64,000 bases of DNA, taken from Octopus vulgaris (Eukaryota). Of the stretch, positions 26,226 through 40,128 are shown piece after piece. Each line of letters opens with the position of its first letter. The first letter of the stretch is position 1. The stretch is taken from the NCBI GenBank assembly GCA_951406725.2, contig OX597836.1, positions 38,812,001-38,876,000 of the forward strand. The letters are read 5' to 3'. The notes under the pieces are model-generated. The model saw only the letters and a program-made list of their open reading frames with translations, had not been told where the DNA came from and made no database searches. The position numbers and the translations under genes are program-made.

Positions 26226-27026
26226 TAGCCTATATATATATATATATATATATTATAGTCATACTCATTGTATATAACTATAGACTAGCGATTCGGTTCG
26301 ATTCGGGTACGCGATGTTGATAAACCAAAAAAAAATTGTGAAACATTGGTATCTATTACTGCTCAATGGGATTCGAGCGAGTTGTCTCACCTGTCAATTA
26401 CTTCAGGTGTTTTAACACCCAGCACTACGAGAGAGTCGTCCCCAAAGTGCTATGCAGCAGCGAATCGAAATAAAGAAAAAGACGAATCAATCCCAGTTCA
26501 GTATTGATACTTTATCGAACTCAAAACGGTGAGAGGCAAATTCGACTTCATCATGCTTTGAACTCAGAACAAAGCGAGTCGGAACGGTTAACTGCAGAGC
26601 AAGCTATATATTTCTTTACTACCCACAAGGGGCTAAACACAGAGGGGACAAACAAGGACAGATAAACGGATGAAGTCGATTACATCGATCCCACGACCCC
26701 GAAAGGATGAAAGGCAAAGTCTACATCGGCGGAATTTGAACCCAGACGAAATACGGCTACGCATTTCGCCCGGTGTGCTAACGTTTCTGCTAGCTCGCCA
26801 CCTTTTTTTTTTTAGTACAACAGGGGTCGCTACTACCTCCTGCCGGAGCCTCGTGGAGCGTTAGGTGTTTTCACTCAATAAACATACACAACGCCCGGTC
26901 TGGGAATCGAAACCGTGATCCAAAGCCCGCTGTCCTAACCACTGGGCCATTGCACCTCCACCTGCAGAGCAAGCTATATTTAAGTTTTTACTAGCACCTT
27001 CCCTGTAAATATTATGTTTATGATAA

Positions 27027-27409
27027 TCTCTCTCTATATAAACGGCAGTTTGTCTGTGCGTGTTTCTGTGTGTCTGTTTGCTTGTACCCTCACCCTGACC
27101 ACGGCTTTCAACCGATTCTGATGAAACTTGACACACACATAGCCCAATGTCATAATTCAAAACTAACGCAGCGAAAATTTTGAAAAGTTCCCCCAGTTCT
27201 GAAAAAAATCGATAAATTCGACATGGGGTCGAGAATCAGAAACACAAACCGCAAACTGTCTAGGGGACGCAACTCCACCTTTTTTAACTAAAAAAAAAAT
27301 TTACCATAATTTTTTTCCATCTTTTGGCTATTTTTTGGCTATAACTCTCTAAAAATGCTTTATAGTTATTTCCCTTACAAACCTGAGCAACGCCGGGCGA
27401 TACTGCTAG
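27027..27409 (+). mobile_element. Non-autonomous Helitron
   Basis: A|TC 5' end with a TATATA motif, subterminal GC-rich hairpin CCTGAGCAACGCCGGG, CTAG|T 3' end and no TSD. Confidence 0.75.
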
Positions 27410-28230
27410 TTCATATATAAAATTGAAGTCGAGTTGTGCTGACTACATGTATTGCTTTGTAAACAAATTATTGAGTGGGCTGTTTTAAATACACGATTCT
27501 TATTCAGTTGTCGAAAAGAAGTTCTCATATTTAAAATAATTCAGACAATAGCTATACAAACAAATAAAATCCCCTCTAATGTATTTCTGTGAAATTTCAG
27601 TAAGTTTATAATCTTCTGTCAGTGTCGTCGGTATAGAAGCAGTTGATCGCCTCTAGAGACGAAGATTGAATTCAATATGGCATACAATGCCAACATTGAG
27701 ATTAATTCAGTTTTTTTTTGTAAATTTGTTTTATTAGTTTCCTCCTATGATATCAAGTCACTGACTTGCATAATAATATGCAAAGATTTTACCAATGTCA
27801 AATTTTAACTTGACGTCATAGCAATATGTAAAGCCAGGTGAAATAAGGTGAACCACACTCGTTTGCTACACGTTCTTTCCACCCACACAGATATGTTTAT
27901 CTGACGAGCAGATCGTAGCTTGTATTTCTTCAAAGTTTGTTTTTCTAATGAATATCAATGCCGAACTATGCCTGCAGTACTCATAATATATTCATTAAAA
28001 CAAATAAAACAGAAACTCAATAACGTTGTTTAATTTTGTTTTTTGTGTATTTCTGTTTCATTTCTCTTTTCGTTTGTTTAATGTTATCTTAGCGATAATT
28101 GAAATGTATTTAGAAATACATGTAAATGAAAGAAATGGGACACTGGTTCTGATTCTGATTTCTTTTCTTTGGTTTGGTGTGGAGGAACGGACTGTGACCA
28201 CGGCCTTCACAGATTCACCGAGACTGGTGA

Positions 28231-28658
28231 GACGAAATACCTATTTCTTTACTACCCACAATGGGCTAAACACAGAAAGGACATACAAGGACAGACAAAC
28301 GGATTAAGTCGATTATATCCCCCCCCCCAGTGCGTAACTGGTACTAATTTAATCGACCCTGAAAGGATGAAAGGCAAAGTCGACCTCGGCGGAATTTGAA
28401 CTCAGAACGTAGCGGCGGGCGAAATACCTATTTCTTTACTACCCACAAGGGGCTAAATACAGAAAGGACAAACAAGGGCAGACAAATGGATTAAGTCGAT
28501 TATATCGACCCCACTGCGTAACTGGTACTTATTTAATCGACTTCGAAAGGATGAAAGGCAAAGTCGACCTCGGCAGAATTTGAACTCAGAACGTAGCGGC
28601 AGACGAAATACCGCTAAGCATTTCGCCCGGTGTGCTAACGCTTCTGCCAGCTCGCCGC
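28231..28658 (-). mobile_element. SINE family B dimer with TSD
   Basis: Two core units. The direct repeat TGGTGAGAC lies at 28225-28233 and 28660-28668. Confidence 0.9.
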
Positions 28659-28674
28659 ATGGTGAGACTGATAT

Positions 28675-30270
28675 CATGAACGTTCCGCTTAAACCGTTGC
28701 AATCCGTCAGCTGAAGGAAAGAACATTGTGCAGGAAGGGAATTCCAGAAGGCTGACCTTCTAGTAAGAAAGGACTGGGAGTTTTGGTTAGTGCGAGGTTT
28801 GGGAGATTGAACTCAATATGGTCGATGAAAGGAGGAGAGATGGGTATATCCCTAAAGAAAGGTGATTCGAGACCAGCCAGATCCAAGGAACAGAAACCGT
28901 TGTAGTTGCTTCAAAGACAGAGGAGACAGCCCGTCTGTGGAGCAGCGGTTAGAATGTCCTCATGAATGACATAATGCCATTCAGTCAAGTGGACTTCCTC
29001 CCGATACAGTCTAGCACTCAACCAAATATGGGAAAACTACTATATTGTAGGTCTTACCTGATCCTTCCAAACAGTTAATAATTATTGGTGAGTGGCTGAA
29101 ATATTTTCTGCATCTGAAGAGAAAAACCAATTTTTAAAATGCCGCCATTGCTATGTTAAGGATATATGTTTACCCGGAGACATCCTCAGCCATAATGAGC
29201 TTAGCATTTGAAGAGACCACGAAGGATCTGGCCTCATGCTGTTCGTGTTTCAGAGGAGCAAGATAGATGCAGTAATGCTTTCTTGATATGCGCAATGGTT
29301 ATAATTTTTCTTTACTTTTGAAGTGAAGACAGGCATGACACTTTGGCAAGAGATCAAAAGGACCTTCTTCAGTTTGGTAGGCAAGAAAGCTTGAGTGTTG
29401 TACGATGCCTGGATACATTTTATTCGTGACTGAGAAACTAGACTTGCTGTACTTTGGCAGGCGGGGAAGCTTGAGGGCTGTGCGAAACCCGGATGCATTC
29501 TTCGTGGATGGAAACTGGTCTTGCAGTAGCTGCAGTTTCATAAAATGTTTGTAGAATTGGGTAATTTTCTCTAAGTATTATAAAGCATTTTTTTTTTTCC
29601 TGATTTACTGCAGGTCAGCAATGAGTGAACCACCTATGGTAGAATGTTGTAAATTTAGATTGTATGTGGTAAATAGAGGGGCATGTCTAAGAGGAGGGTC
29701 TCACTCTACCACCTACTGTCTGTTGGGGTTAATGGTGATACACATGGTGCCAAGTATGGTTATTAAAGAATAAAGCGGCGAGCTGGCAGAAACGTTAGCA
29801 CGCCGGGCGAAATGCGTAGCCGTATTTCGTCTGGCATTACGTTCTGAGTTCAAATTCCGCCGAGGTCGACTTTGCCTTTCATCCTTTTGGGGTCTATAAA
29901 TTAAGTACCAGTTACGCACTGGGGTCGATGTAATCGACTTAATCCGTTTGTCTGTCCTTGTTTGTCCCCTCTGTGTTTAGCCCTTTGTGGGTAGTAAAGA
30001 AATAGGTTATTAAAGAACTGGTAAAGCTCAGACTGGTCAGCTAACTTGAAATGCTGTTAGTCCCAGACATGATGGGGGATGTGCTGCATGGTATATGGAT
30101 GTGTGGCGAATAATCACGGCTAGGTAGTTTGCTAGACGCCCCTGTATGTACAAAGACAGCTGTGGCTTGACGTAAGTTTGTCTTAATGGTTAGAAGCAGA
30201 TCAAGAGGATTTTTACAATGTCTGTATGTCGATCAAGGACGGGTAGAAGGGTGGAAAGTAGTTGAATTTA
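28675..30270 (-). pseudogene. Heavily decayed CR1/Jockey-group-like LINE
   Basis: The C-terminal remnant PKPRTNQNSQSFLTRRSAFWNSLP (about 28735-28805) resembles the SF..R....WNSLP end of CR1-like ORF2. There are many stops, and a SINE interrupts it. The upstream boundary is uncertain. Confidence 0.45.
29771..30004 (+). mobile_element. SINE family B monomer with 13-bp TSD
   Basis: GGTTATTAAAGAA at 29758-29770 and 30005-30017. Confidence 0.92.
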
Positions 30271-30874
30271 GAATTAACAACAAAGACTGCGCAGAAGAAA
30301 TACTATATTTGATTGGCAATGAGCTTCCTCTTGTTTCAACAACAACAGCAACAACGACAACAACAACAACAACAACAATATCAGATGCGACGACGACGAT
30401 GGCAGCTCCAGCAGCAACAACAATAACTCGGAAACAACAATAATATATCAAATCTCAATTTACAGTAAAAACAGAATGAAAACAATAACAAGTCAGACAT
30501 AAAAAGTGTTGATGTTTTTTGACTCTTGCGCCATTGTATTTCACTTTACTTTTATGATTTCCCGTGTGTTGTTATACATTTATGTCTTTATATATATAAA
30601 GTCTATGGTTTATATTATTGTTTAGGTTTTGTTTTTATGTTTTAGGTCCAGTAAAAGAATTCATTGAAAACATTTTTCATTATTAAAAGAATATTAGTCT
30701 GAAAACGGAACGGAGACAAAAATATTGAACAAAGGTTAGAAAGGTGAAGAATTTGTATACCCGCTCTTCACACGCACACCCCTGCACGCATGCGCGCGCG
30801 TGTGTGTGTTTCTGTGTAAGTGTCTACATGCACGTATATATGTATGTATGCATGTATGCTTGTATGTAATATGA

Positions 30875-30942
<68 letters not shown>

Positions 30943-31017
30943 GCATATAAATATATATATGTGTGTATATATATATATAATGATAAATCTCAGAGCGACA
31001 ACGACAACTATGATTGT

Positions 31018-31062
31018 CACACGCCGATGATAGGTAAATACCTTGAAACTCGAGTCCGTGTG
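31018..31062 (+). ncRNA. Type I hammerhead ribozyme motif (U4C), GUC site
   Basis: CACACG-CCGATGA-T-AGGT(AAAT)ACCT-T-GAAA-CTCGAG-TC-CGTGTG. Perfect 6-bp stem I extendable by ATGAT/ATCAT, and palindromic ACTCGAGT stem III. Confidence 0.75.
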
Positions 31063-31391
31063 TATCATAAGTTGAAGACGGGAAGGATGACTTCCCTTCA
31101 CAAATACTGATAGGGCACAGAAAGTGTGTCTATAGCCAGCTGGAGGAGGTATCTTCCTGGGGCTACAAACTACAGTAGCATCCACCCTTAGGGGTTAGCC
31201 ATATTCAAATGGCAAATATGCGTCACGATATATATATATATATATATATATATAAACACAGATATAACAATATATACATATATGTGAGTGTATACACATA
31301 TTGTATATATATGTAGTCACACGGCCTTTTATGTCGTATGTGTATGATTTATTTTGTCGTGCTTATTGTTTTGTTAGCTATTTCCAGTGAC

Positions 31392-31428
<37 letters not shown>

Positions 31429-31627
31429 TTACATATACATATATCTAGGTGCGTGTGTTTTTATGTCTGCGATTGTCCCCCTCTACCGCTTAACAACCGA
31501 TGTTGGTGTTTTAAGTACCCGTAACTTAGATGTTCAGCAAATAGAGACAAATAGAACACAACGCAACGCCCGGCCTGGGAATCGAACTCACGATCTCACA
31601 ATCGTGAGATGCAACACCCTAACCACT

Positions 31628-31669
31628 AACTGTCCGACAAACGGGGACGTGAAACTTTGAGTAACAGTT
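31628..31669 (+). ncRNA. Hammerhead motif, probably inactive (G8A); same family as 46344
   Basis: AACTGT-CCGACAA-ACG(GGGA)CGT-GAAA-CTTTGAG-TA-ACAGTT. Confidence 0.55.
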
Positions 31670-31702
31670 TTTATGATAATTTTACTACTTTTTAATAAAG
31701 TA

Positions 31703-32100
31703 TCGCAGGAGTGGCTGTGTGGTAAGTAGCTTGTTTACCAACCACATGGTTCCGGGTTCAGTCCCACTGCGTGGCACCTTGGGCAAGTGTCTTCTACTAT
31801 AGCCTCGGGCCGACCAAAGCCTTGTGAGTGGATTTGGTAGACGGAAACTGAAAGAAGCCCGTCGTATATATGTATATATATGTATGTGCGCGTATGTTTG
31901 TGTGTCTGTGTGTGTCCCCCTAGCATTGCTTGACAACCGATGCTGGCGTGTTTATGTCCCCGTAACTTAGAGGTTCGGCAAAAGAGACAGATAGAATAAG
32001 TACTGGGCTTACAAAGAATATGTCCCGGGGTCTAGTTGCTCGATTAAAGGCGGTGCTCCAGCATGGCCGCAGTCAAAATGACTGAAACAAGTAAAAAGCA
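31703..32100 (+). mobile_element. SINE family A, full length
   Basis: Co-linear with 36752-37155. Confidence 0.92.
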
Positions 32101-32114
32101 AAAGAGAGAGAAAG

Positions 32115-32148
<34 letters not shown>

Positions 32149-32565
32149 ATACATTTATTCATTTATTTATTTATAGTCATTTGACTGCAGCCATGCTGAA
32201 AGACCGCCTTTAGTCGAGAAAATCAACCCCAGGACTTATTCTTTGTAAGCTTAGTACTTATTCTATCGTTCTCTTTTGCCGAACCGCTAAGTTACCAGGA
32301 CGTAAACACAACTAACTTCGAGTTGCGCGGGTTATACCGAACTGGCTTGGTACCTCAATTTAAGTACCTAATTCAACTATATATATACGTATAATCGCTA
32401 GCCACTACACATTCTTAATTTTCTCTCCTTGTTTTTTCTGTGTTCGTTTCTGTGGAAGACCGTAGGCTTAAAAAGTTAAAGACTTTTTCATTATATATAT
32501 GCACACACACACGCATATATATATACATACATGCATATGTACATACATACACGCACATACACATA

Positions 32566-32822
32566 TATTAGTTTGGTGTATAATTATTGCGGCTTTTATT
32601 TTTTTTCCAATAAATTTTATTTACCCAAAACCATAAAAACATTTAACAAAAACGTCTTTAAGTGATTATTCCAACTGGCTGCCAAGTAAATGGGAAGCAG
32701 TAATAGAAGTAGATGATGAATATGCTCCGGAATAATCATTTAAAGACGTTTTTGTTAAATGTTGTTATTGTTTTTGTTGTATAAAATTCAGTGGAGAAAA
32801 ACCCGCAATAATTATGCACCAG

Positions 32823-32828
<6 letters not shown>
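32566..32828. mobile_element. Mariner-derived MITE
   Basis: TIRs TATTAGTTTGGTGTATAATTATTGCGG / CCGCAATAATTATGCACCAGTTAATA and an inner IR AACATTTAACAAAAACGTCTTTAA. The internal LPSKWEAVIEVDDEY resembles a mariner C-terminus. Confidence 0.75.
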
Positions 32829-33328
<500 letters not shown>

Positions 33329-34106
33329 GTAACTGTGCTGTCAGAGGTGTTTCTATATAAGCTGTAATCTCAAAGGAGTGAATGACATACGTACATTCAT
33401 AGATGTGCGTATATATTAGCTGCTCTGTCATCGATGTGTGTAGAGGCTGCGCAGTCGATGTTTATATAACAAAACAAAGCAAATATAAAAAGCAAAAATC
33501 AAGAAACGTCTGAGACACTTTCACAGTTGATATTATTAGGCTGTGAACGTCTCTTGGACATTTCTTTTTATATATATTGTTTTTTTTTTGTCTTTTTATA
33601 TGTATTTGTGTTGTTTTATTAACGCACGTTCTCGCCGATCTTCCATGTCTATGTAACCAATACTCTGGAGTACCTTAATTCTCGGATTATCTAACACCAT
33701 CGGATTACCATCTCGGATTACGTCGGTTTTTCACCTTTGAGTATATGTTTATTTCAGATGCACAGTCACAGTTATGTGTGCTATAACAGTAGAACAGATG
33801 CCCAGACAAAGGTGTGTGACTATCGATCGTGCTCTGAAAGCAAAACCGTCAATAGCGTACATACATATATACACACACACATACGCATTGTTCCAGCATT
33901 GCTACAGTTAAATGAATGAAACAAGTAAAAGAATTTGTGTGTGTGTGTGTATACGAGTGGCTTTGTGGCTAGGCTGTCGCACACACGATCTAGCAATCGT
34001 GGGTTTGATTTCCAAGCCGGGGGCGGGTTGTGTTCTTGTGCGAAACGCTTCATTTCGCATTTCTCCTGTTCCCCTTTTGATCAGTGGGAATGCTGGCCTG
34101 CTAGCC

Positions 34107-34162
<56 letters not shown>

Positions 34163-35461
34163 CACACATATAGACGACGGGGTTCTTTCAGTTTCCGTCT
34201 ACCAAATCAACACTCAATGTTTTAGTCGTCCTGGGCCTACAGTAGAAGACACTTGCCCCAAGGTGTCACAGAGTAGTACTGAACCCGGAACTATGAAGTT
34301 GAGAAGCAAGCATCTTACCACATAGCCACGGCTGCGCTTCTCAACACTGTCTATATATATACAGTAGCAAGCGATGTCTAGATGTCTACTATATAACTGT
34401 TGCATTGTCAAAAATATGTAAAGCAGCTGCGTTATGGAAAAGAAGCATGATTGAACCTGTCTACGGAGACATTATATTCATCGGCCATGTTACATGAGAA
34501 TAGCTTTTTTTTTTTTTCACTTTTTTTGTGTCATATTTTCTTTGAGAAGTCGTTTTCAAACAGAATATGTCTCAGTGTTCAGTAAGTCTCCGAAAATATC
34601 GTCAATAGACATTTTCTGTCGATGTGTTTGTTAGCACAGTCAATAGAAGATTTATTGACTGTGAAATATCAAATCAGAGAAGCTGCGATGTACTAAATAT
34701 AAGGCGAGGCAAAGGTTAAACAAGGAGATGGATGGCAAACAACAAACCAACTTTATTGATCAGAGAAATCTAAAGTTAAAGAAAGGTCTGCTATTTTTAT
34801 TATTTTCTCTGTCTTCTCTTACACATCCTGTTTACATGTTCCTTTATGAGCCAATGATGTGCTTGTGTGTAGATTATCCATCTGCTAGACATAATTAAAT
34901 TCCCTTCAAATCAGTTCCGGTGTCAGATATACTGTATCCTCGTTTGCTTTTTAATCCGTCTGAACAGCTGGCCCTCTGGTAACCCTTAGCTTAAGCATGT
35001 AAGAAGTGGTCTGTCTACCTCGTACCACCAGTCAGACTGAGCTTCTCTCTTCTCTCTCAAAGCGGTATTATTACGGAATAGCCTTGTTATGGAATGAGAT
35101 GGAGGTTCAAGATAACCTGGGTGTCCTTGCTACTCCATTCAACTACCCGTTAATGTTGGTCACCCATACTTGCATCACATACCCATACTGTTCAACAAAG
35201 ATGACGAAACGGCAAGACTCATCGCCAGTGTCGATATCTCTGGCCAATTAAAGCAAAAATATCTTTTTTGGACAAAAGGATTAGCAAAGAGTTCAATGAA
35301 AGTGGGTGAAAATCAGGTTTAGAGCAATAATATAACGATATACAAGTACAGATGAAATAAAGAAAAAATCGAAAATAAAATCCAAGTATTGTTAATCTTG
35401 GGGAATGGTCGTCTTTAACCAATTACATACACACACACTACTTATTTGATCTTTCCTTTGG

Positions 35462-35530
<69 letters not shown>

Positions 35531-35543
35531 CATTTATGGTTTT

Positions 35544-35627
35544 TCTTCTTCTTTCAAATTTGCTTCCATTTCTTGCCGAGTGTTTTCCCGACTCCTAGGG
35601 CAAAGAAACTCATAGTATACATTGGTA
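35544..35627 (-). mobile_element. 3' tip of an R4/Dong-like LINE in (TAA)n
   Basis: Homologous to 56530-56597 and to the 3' UTR end at about 57440-57520. Flanked by (TTA)n on both sides. Confidence 0.7.
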
Positions 35628-35683
<56 letters not shown>

Positions 35684-36751
35684 GTCTAGTTGCTTCTCTT
35701 TTGTCACACAGTCGAAATGCTTAGCGGTATTTCGTCTGCCGCTACGTTCTGAGTTCAAATTTCGCCGAGGTCGACTTTGCCTTTCATTCTTTCGGGGGTC
35801 GATAAATTAAGCACCAGTTACGCACTGGGGTTGATATAATCGACTTAATACGTTTGTCTGTCCTTGTTCGTCCTCTCTGTGTTTAGCCCCTTGTGGGTAG
35901 TAAAGAAATAATATTTAAGATGCCGAGCAATCGAATCGAACACGACGAGAACAGTTTCAAAGGTAGCTTTCTAAACCACATACGTAGTTATGCCTGCACA
36001 CACATTAGATTCACCTCTATTATCCACCTAAACAGAAGCTATGCAACATTAATAGATATAACAAAAGAAACCATTACTAAATCCAGTTGTTATTTTGTCA
36101 CATGTATTAAGACATAAACTAGATGCGGATGAACACAAGGGAGTGTAGAGCTTGACTTCTAGAACATCAACCGAGTATTTTGGCTTGTATTTATCTATAA
36201 TTCATCTGGGCGGTTCGATCGATTTTCAATGAGAGCGCCATTCGTTGTGCTTCAAATATTGAATTTTCTGGTTGGAATCTCCTATTCCATTGTGGATTCC
36301 TTTGTCTTTTCTCTCTCATTTATTTATTTTCATTATTTTTATTATTCCTGAAATAACAAACAGCCATTCTTAATATTCTAGCAACTAAGGAATCTCTCCG
36401 CTTCGCTTAACCAGTCTTCGTGTCTTGAGACACTTCCTGGCCAATAGTCCTACTGTCTGGTCATATACTAAATCTTCATGGGATTTTCAGTAATTAGTTT
36501 ATTTTCATAGTTAACTGCTCTGTTGGATTTCCACTTCAATTCATTTTGTTTGGAATGACCTCAATTCTGACAGAAAGTATAGGCTCCTTTATTGATTCTG
36601 GTAAATGATTTCGTTTTGCGTATATTATTAGTCACCATTTTGACCGCTGCGTAGTATATCTTTCTTGAATTTTGCAAATGTCCTTTCCTCCTTGGAGATT
36701 GGCTTAACTTTGACTCCTTCATCTGTTTTTTTTTTTCCATTTAAGTACATT

Positions 36752-37155
36752 AGGCACAGGAGTGGCTGTGTGGTAAGTAGCTTGCTAACCAACCACATGG
36801 TTCCGGGTTCAGTCCCACTGCGTGGCATCTTGGGCAAGTGTCTTCTACTATAGCCTCGGGCCGACCAATGCCTTGTGAGTGGATTTGGTAGACGGAAATT
36901 GAAAGAAGCCTGTCGTATATATGTATATATATATATATGTATGTGTGTATGTTTGTGTGTCTGTGTTTGTCCCCCTAGCATTGCTTGACAACCGATGCTG
37001 GTGTGTTTATGTCCCCGTAACTTAGCGGTTCGGCAAAAAGAGACCGATAGAATAAGTACTGGGCTTACAAAGAATAAGTCCCGGGGTCGATTTGCTCGAC
37101 TAAAGGCGGTGCTCCAGCATGGCCGCAGTCAAATGACTGAAACAAGTAAAAGAAA
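36752..37155 (+). mobile_element. SINE family A, full length
   Basis: Complete head, body and tail. Confidence 0.92.
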
Positions 37156-37619
37156 AGATAAAAGAAAAAAGAAAAGATTCAATTTAGGAGCTTCGTGGAA
37201 TGGAAAAACCATGAAAAATACCTGGATGAAACGTGAAAGAAAATATAAGATTATTTGAAAAATAATGTGTTCAGCTACTTGCTAATAATTTCTTATTTGA
37301 AGGGATTATATAATTCATCTAAGATCACTGAAATTATTTGTAAAAATAAACGAAGCCATCTTCTAGCTTGAATTATAACGTAACAATGAAACATATAAAT
37401 CCCAGAAGGCTTCAGTATAACGGAAGTATAATATATTTATGAACTTTGATGTATAGGAACATAAACTAAACCAGTTCTAAAAATTTATAAAATTGACTGG
37501 AAAAATGTAACGAAGAGAAAGTTTGTAGCAATAAGTTGAGGGTAACTGGAGACAAAATGGTCGATTTTCTATTATGGTCTCCACACAGTCTGCTGGCATT
37601 GCACTTCGCTTCTTTTTAT

Positions 37620-37678
<59 letters not shown>

Positions 37679-38172
37679 ACCACACACACACACACGCACA
37701 CGCACACACACACAGACATACACACACATACACACACACACACTCACACACGCACACACACACAAACGCACACACTCACACACACACACGCGCACACACA
37801 CACACACACACGCTCATATCAAACATATATACAAACTCATGTATAGGGATATATATTCAAACATGTATGTAAATATGTGTGTGGGTATGTGTATATATAT
37901 TAATATTTTTTCTTACAATATATCTATGTGCGTATGCGAATTAAGCAATTGTCTATTTATACCACTATACCATATATGTACATTCCCACATGACCCTACA
38001 GGACGTATGTCTGAATTACATATCTGTATCTTTAATCTTTAATCATTTCACTCATTAGACTAAGGTCACTTTGGAGCACCGCCTTAAAAGAATTTAGTCA
38101 AATAAATCGACGACAGTACATTTTTTTAAAGCTTGGTATTTATTCTATTGGTTTATATCCATCAAATATTGA

Positions 38173-38470
38173 GCAGGCACATGGCCTAGTGGTTAGAGCA
38201 GTGAACTCGCGGTTGAGGGATCGCGGGTTCGAATTTCAGACTGGGTGGTGTGTGTCTTTATGAGCGAATCACCTAAGCTCCACGCGGCTCCGGCAGAAGG
38301 TAATGGCGAACTTCTGCTGACTCTTTCGCAACAACTTTCTCTCACTCTTTCCTCCTGCATCTTGCAGCTCACATGCGATGAACGGGCGTCCCGTCCAGGT
38401 GGGGGACCTATACGACAAGGAAACCGGGAAACCGGCCCTTATGAGCCAATCGTGGCTTGAGAAGGAACAT
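38173..38470 (+). mobile_element. SINE family C (tail type 1)
   Basis: Co-linear with 10508-10808. Confidence 0.85.
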
Positions 38471-38818
38471 CCATCAAATATATACTCTTTCGTCCCCAAA
38501 AAAACTTACATTACCCCTCCATCAAAAATGTGACCCTCACCACAGAAAAAATCCTGCATTCCCTCCACGTAATATACACTGTTAACCCAGCAAAAAAAAC
38601 TACATTAACCCACCCCATCAAAAATATACATTATCACCAAAGCAATAACCTTCGTTACCCCTAACTGTATTTTCTTGCCGAACCGTTAAGTTTCAGGGAT
38701 GTAAACAAACCAACACAAGTTACCAGTGACTGGTGGGGGACAAACACAAGCCCAAAGACACATGCATATACGAAGTGTCCCAGAGCAGGCGAAACAACTC
38801 GTCTCAAAGCGATCGAAA

Positions 38819-38865
38819 ATGGTAGATACCGACATTTCGCCATTATTGCGGCTTATCAATACCAT
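38819..38865 (-). ncRNA. Type I hammerhead ribozyme motif with a U3-A8 core
   Basis: Reverse complement ATGGTA-TTGATAA-GCC(GCAATAAT)GGC-GAAA-TG(TCGG)TA-TC-TACCAT. All three stems close and the triplet is AUC. Confidence 0.65.
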
Positions 38866-39199
38866 GTACTCGGATCACCTCGCAACAAAATGAATTGCTG
38901 GTCGGGGACCTATATAAACTTAGGACTTATATAAATACCAAATACATCCAACAATTGAAACTTTAAGAATGACTGAACCTCTGCGTGTACATAAGTGTAT
39001 TAATGTATATATATATATATTTATAATTAAGGGTTAATTGCAACAAGTTGCTCAAAACCACATACCGAAAATATTAGAAATAGCAGCCAAAATTGATCAC
39101 TATTTCCTCTACTAATAAAAAGTCTCCACAAACAAACAGAATTTGTAACCTGTATATGGCAAAAAGGAAGAAAATAACGAAATCCCAGCCTATGGATTA

Positions 39200-39257
39200 A
39201 TTATAGACGAATCGTTTCTGGATTAGAACCGAACGTTCATTTCCTTGTCAATATAAT
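39200..39257 (-). ncRNA. Type I hammerhead ribozyme motif with a U3-A8 core, in a pseudo-LTR-like island (~39020-39550)
   Basis: Reverse complement ATTATA-TTGACAA-GGA.AAT.GAAC(GTTCG)GTTC.TAA.TCC-A-GAAA-CG(ATT)CG-TC-TATAAT, with a GUC triplet. Confidence 0.6.
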
Positions 39258-39562
39258 ATTTCCTATAAATCTAGAAATGCTAGGGGAAAAACTCACCCGT
39301 TACACCTGCACGACCAGCGACATCGAACGATCTAACGGAATGCTAGCATTCCTACACTTATACAGACATGCGAATTCATATCTCCCTCCAAAATTACCAC
39401 GTGAGCTACAAAAACATTACCAACGAAACGAAGTTTCGCAGCTTTATAATTATTATAACCCTTACCAAATATGGTCTTTTCCATACCGATAAATCTACTT
39501 GGTGAAATTTATTAATTTTATTAAATTAATTATATTCCACCCTTTTTTGCATATATATATAT

Positions 39563-39897
39563 GGCGCATGGCTGAGTGGTTAGAGCGTCGAGTTTACGAT
39601 CGTGAGGTTGTGAGCTCGAATTCCGGACCGGGCTGCGTGTTGTGTTCTTGAGCAAGACACTTTATTTCACGTTGCTCCAGTTCACTCAGCTGTAGAAATG
39701 AGTTGCAACGTCACAGGTGCCAAGCTGTATCGGCCCCTTTGCCTTTCTCTTGGACAACATCGGTGACGTGGAGAGGGGAGGCTGGTATGCATGGGCCACT
39801 GCTGGTCTTCCATAAAACCACCTTGCCCAGACTTGTGACTAGGAGGGTAACTTTCTAGGTGCAATCCCATGGTCAGTGTCGTGACCGAAGGGGGTCC
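39563..39897 (+). mobile_element. SINE family D
   Basis: Co-linear with 22193-22513. Confidence 0.88.
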
Positions 39898-39922
39898 CAG
39901 ATTCCCATATATATATATATAT

Positions 39923-40128
39923 ATAACATAAGGGACTAAAGCCATCTGAATATGGCTAGGGACAATTGGGGTGTTATAGCCCAGGCGAATATAGATAGGC
40001 TTGACCCGTGACGGTGTCAAGCCTATCTAGCGACGTCGATGTTCGCCTGGGCTAAATGCAACAGTAACACCCCCACCACCCTGCCCTGTCCCTAGCCATA
40101 TTCAGATGGCTTTAGTCCCTTATGTTAT
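39923..40128. repeat. Fold-back element with nested inverted repeats
   Basis: Perfect 42-bp outer arms, then GGGGTGTTA/TAACACCCC, TAGCCCAGGCGAA/TTCGCCTGGGCTA and TAGATAGGCTTGAC/GTCAAGCCTATCTA. Confidence 0.9.

Noticed and set aside
27110-27135. CTGATGAAAC as a hammerhead core
   Set aside because: There is no stem II between CTGATGA and GAAA. It lies within the Helitron body.
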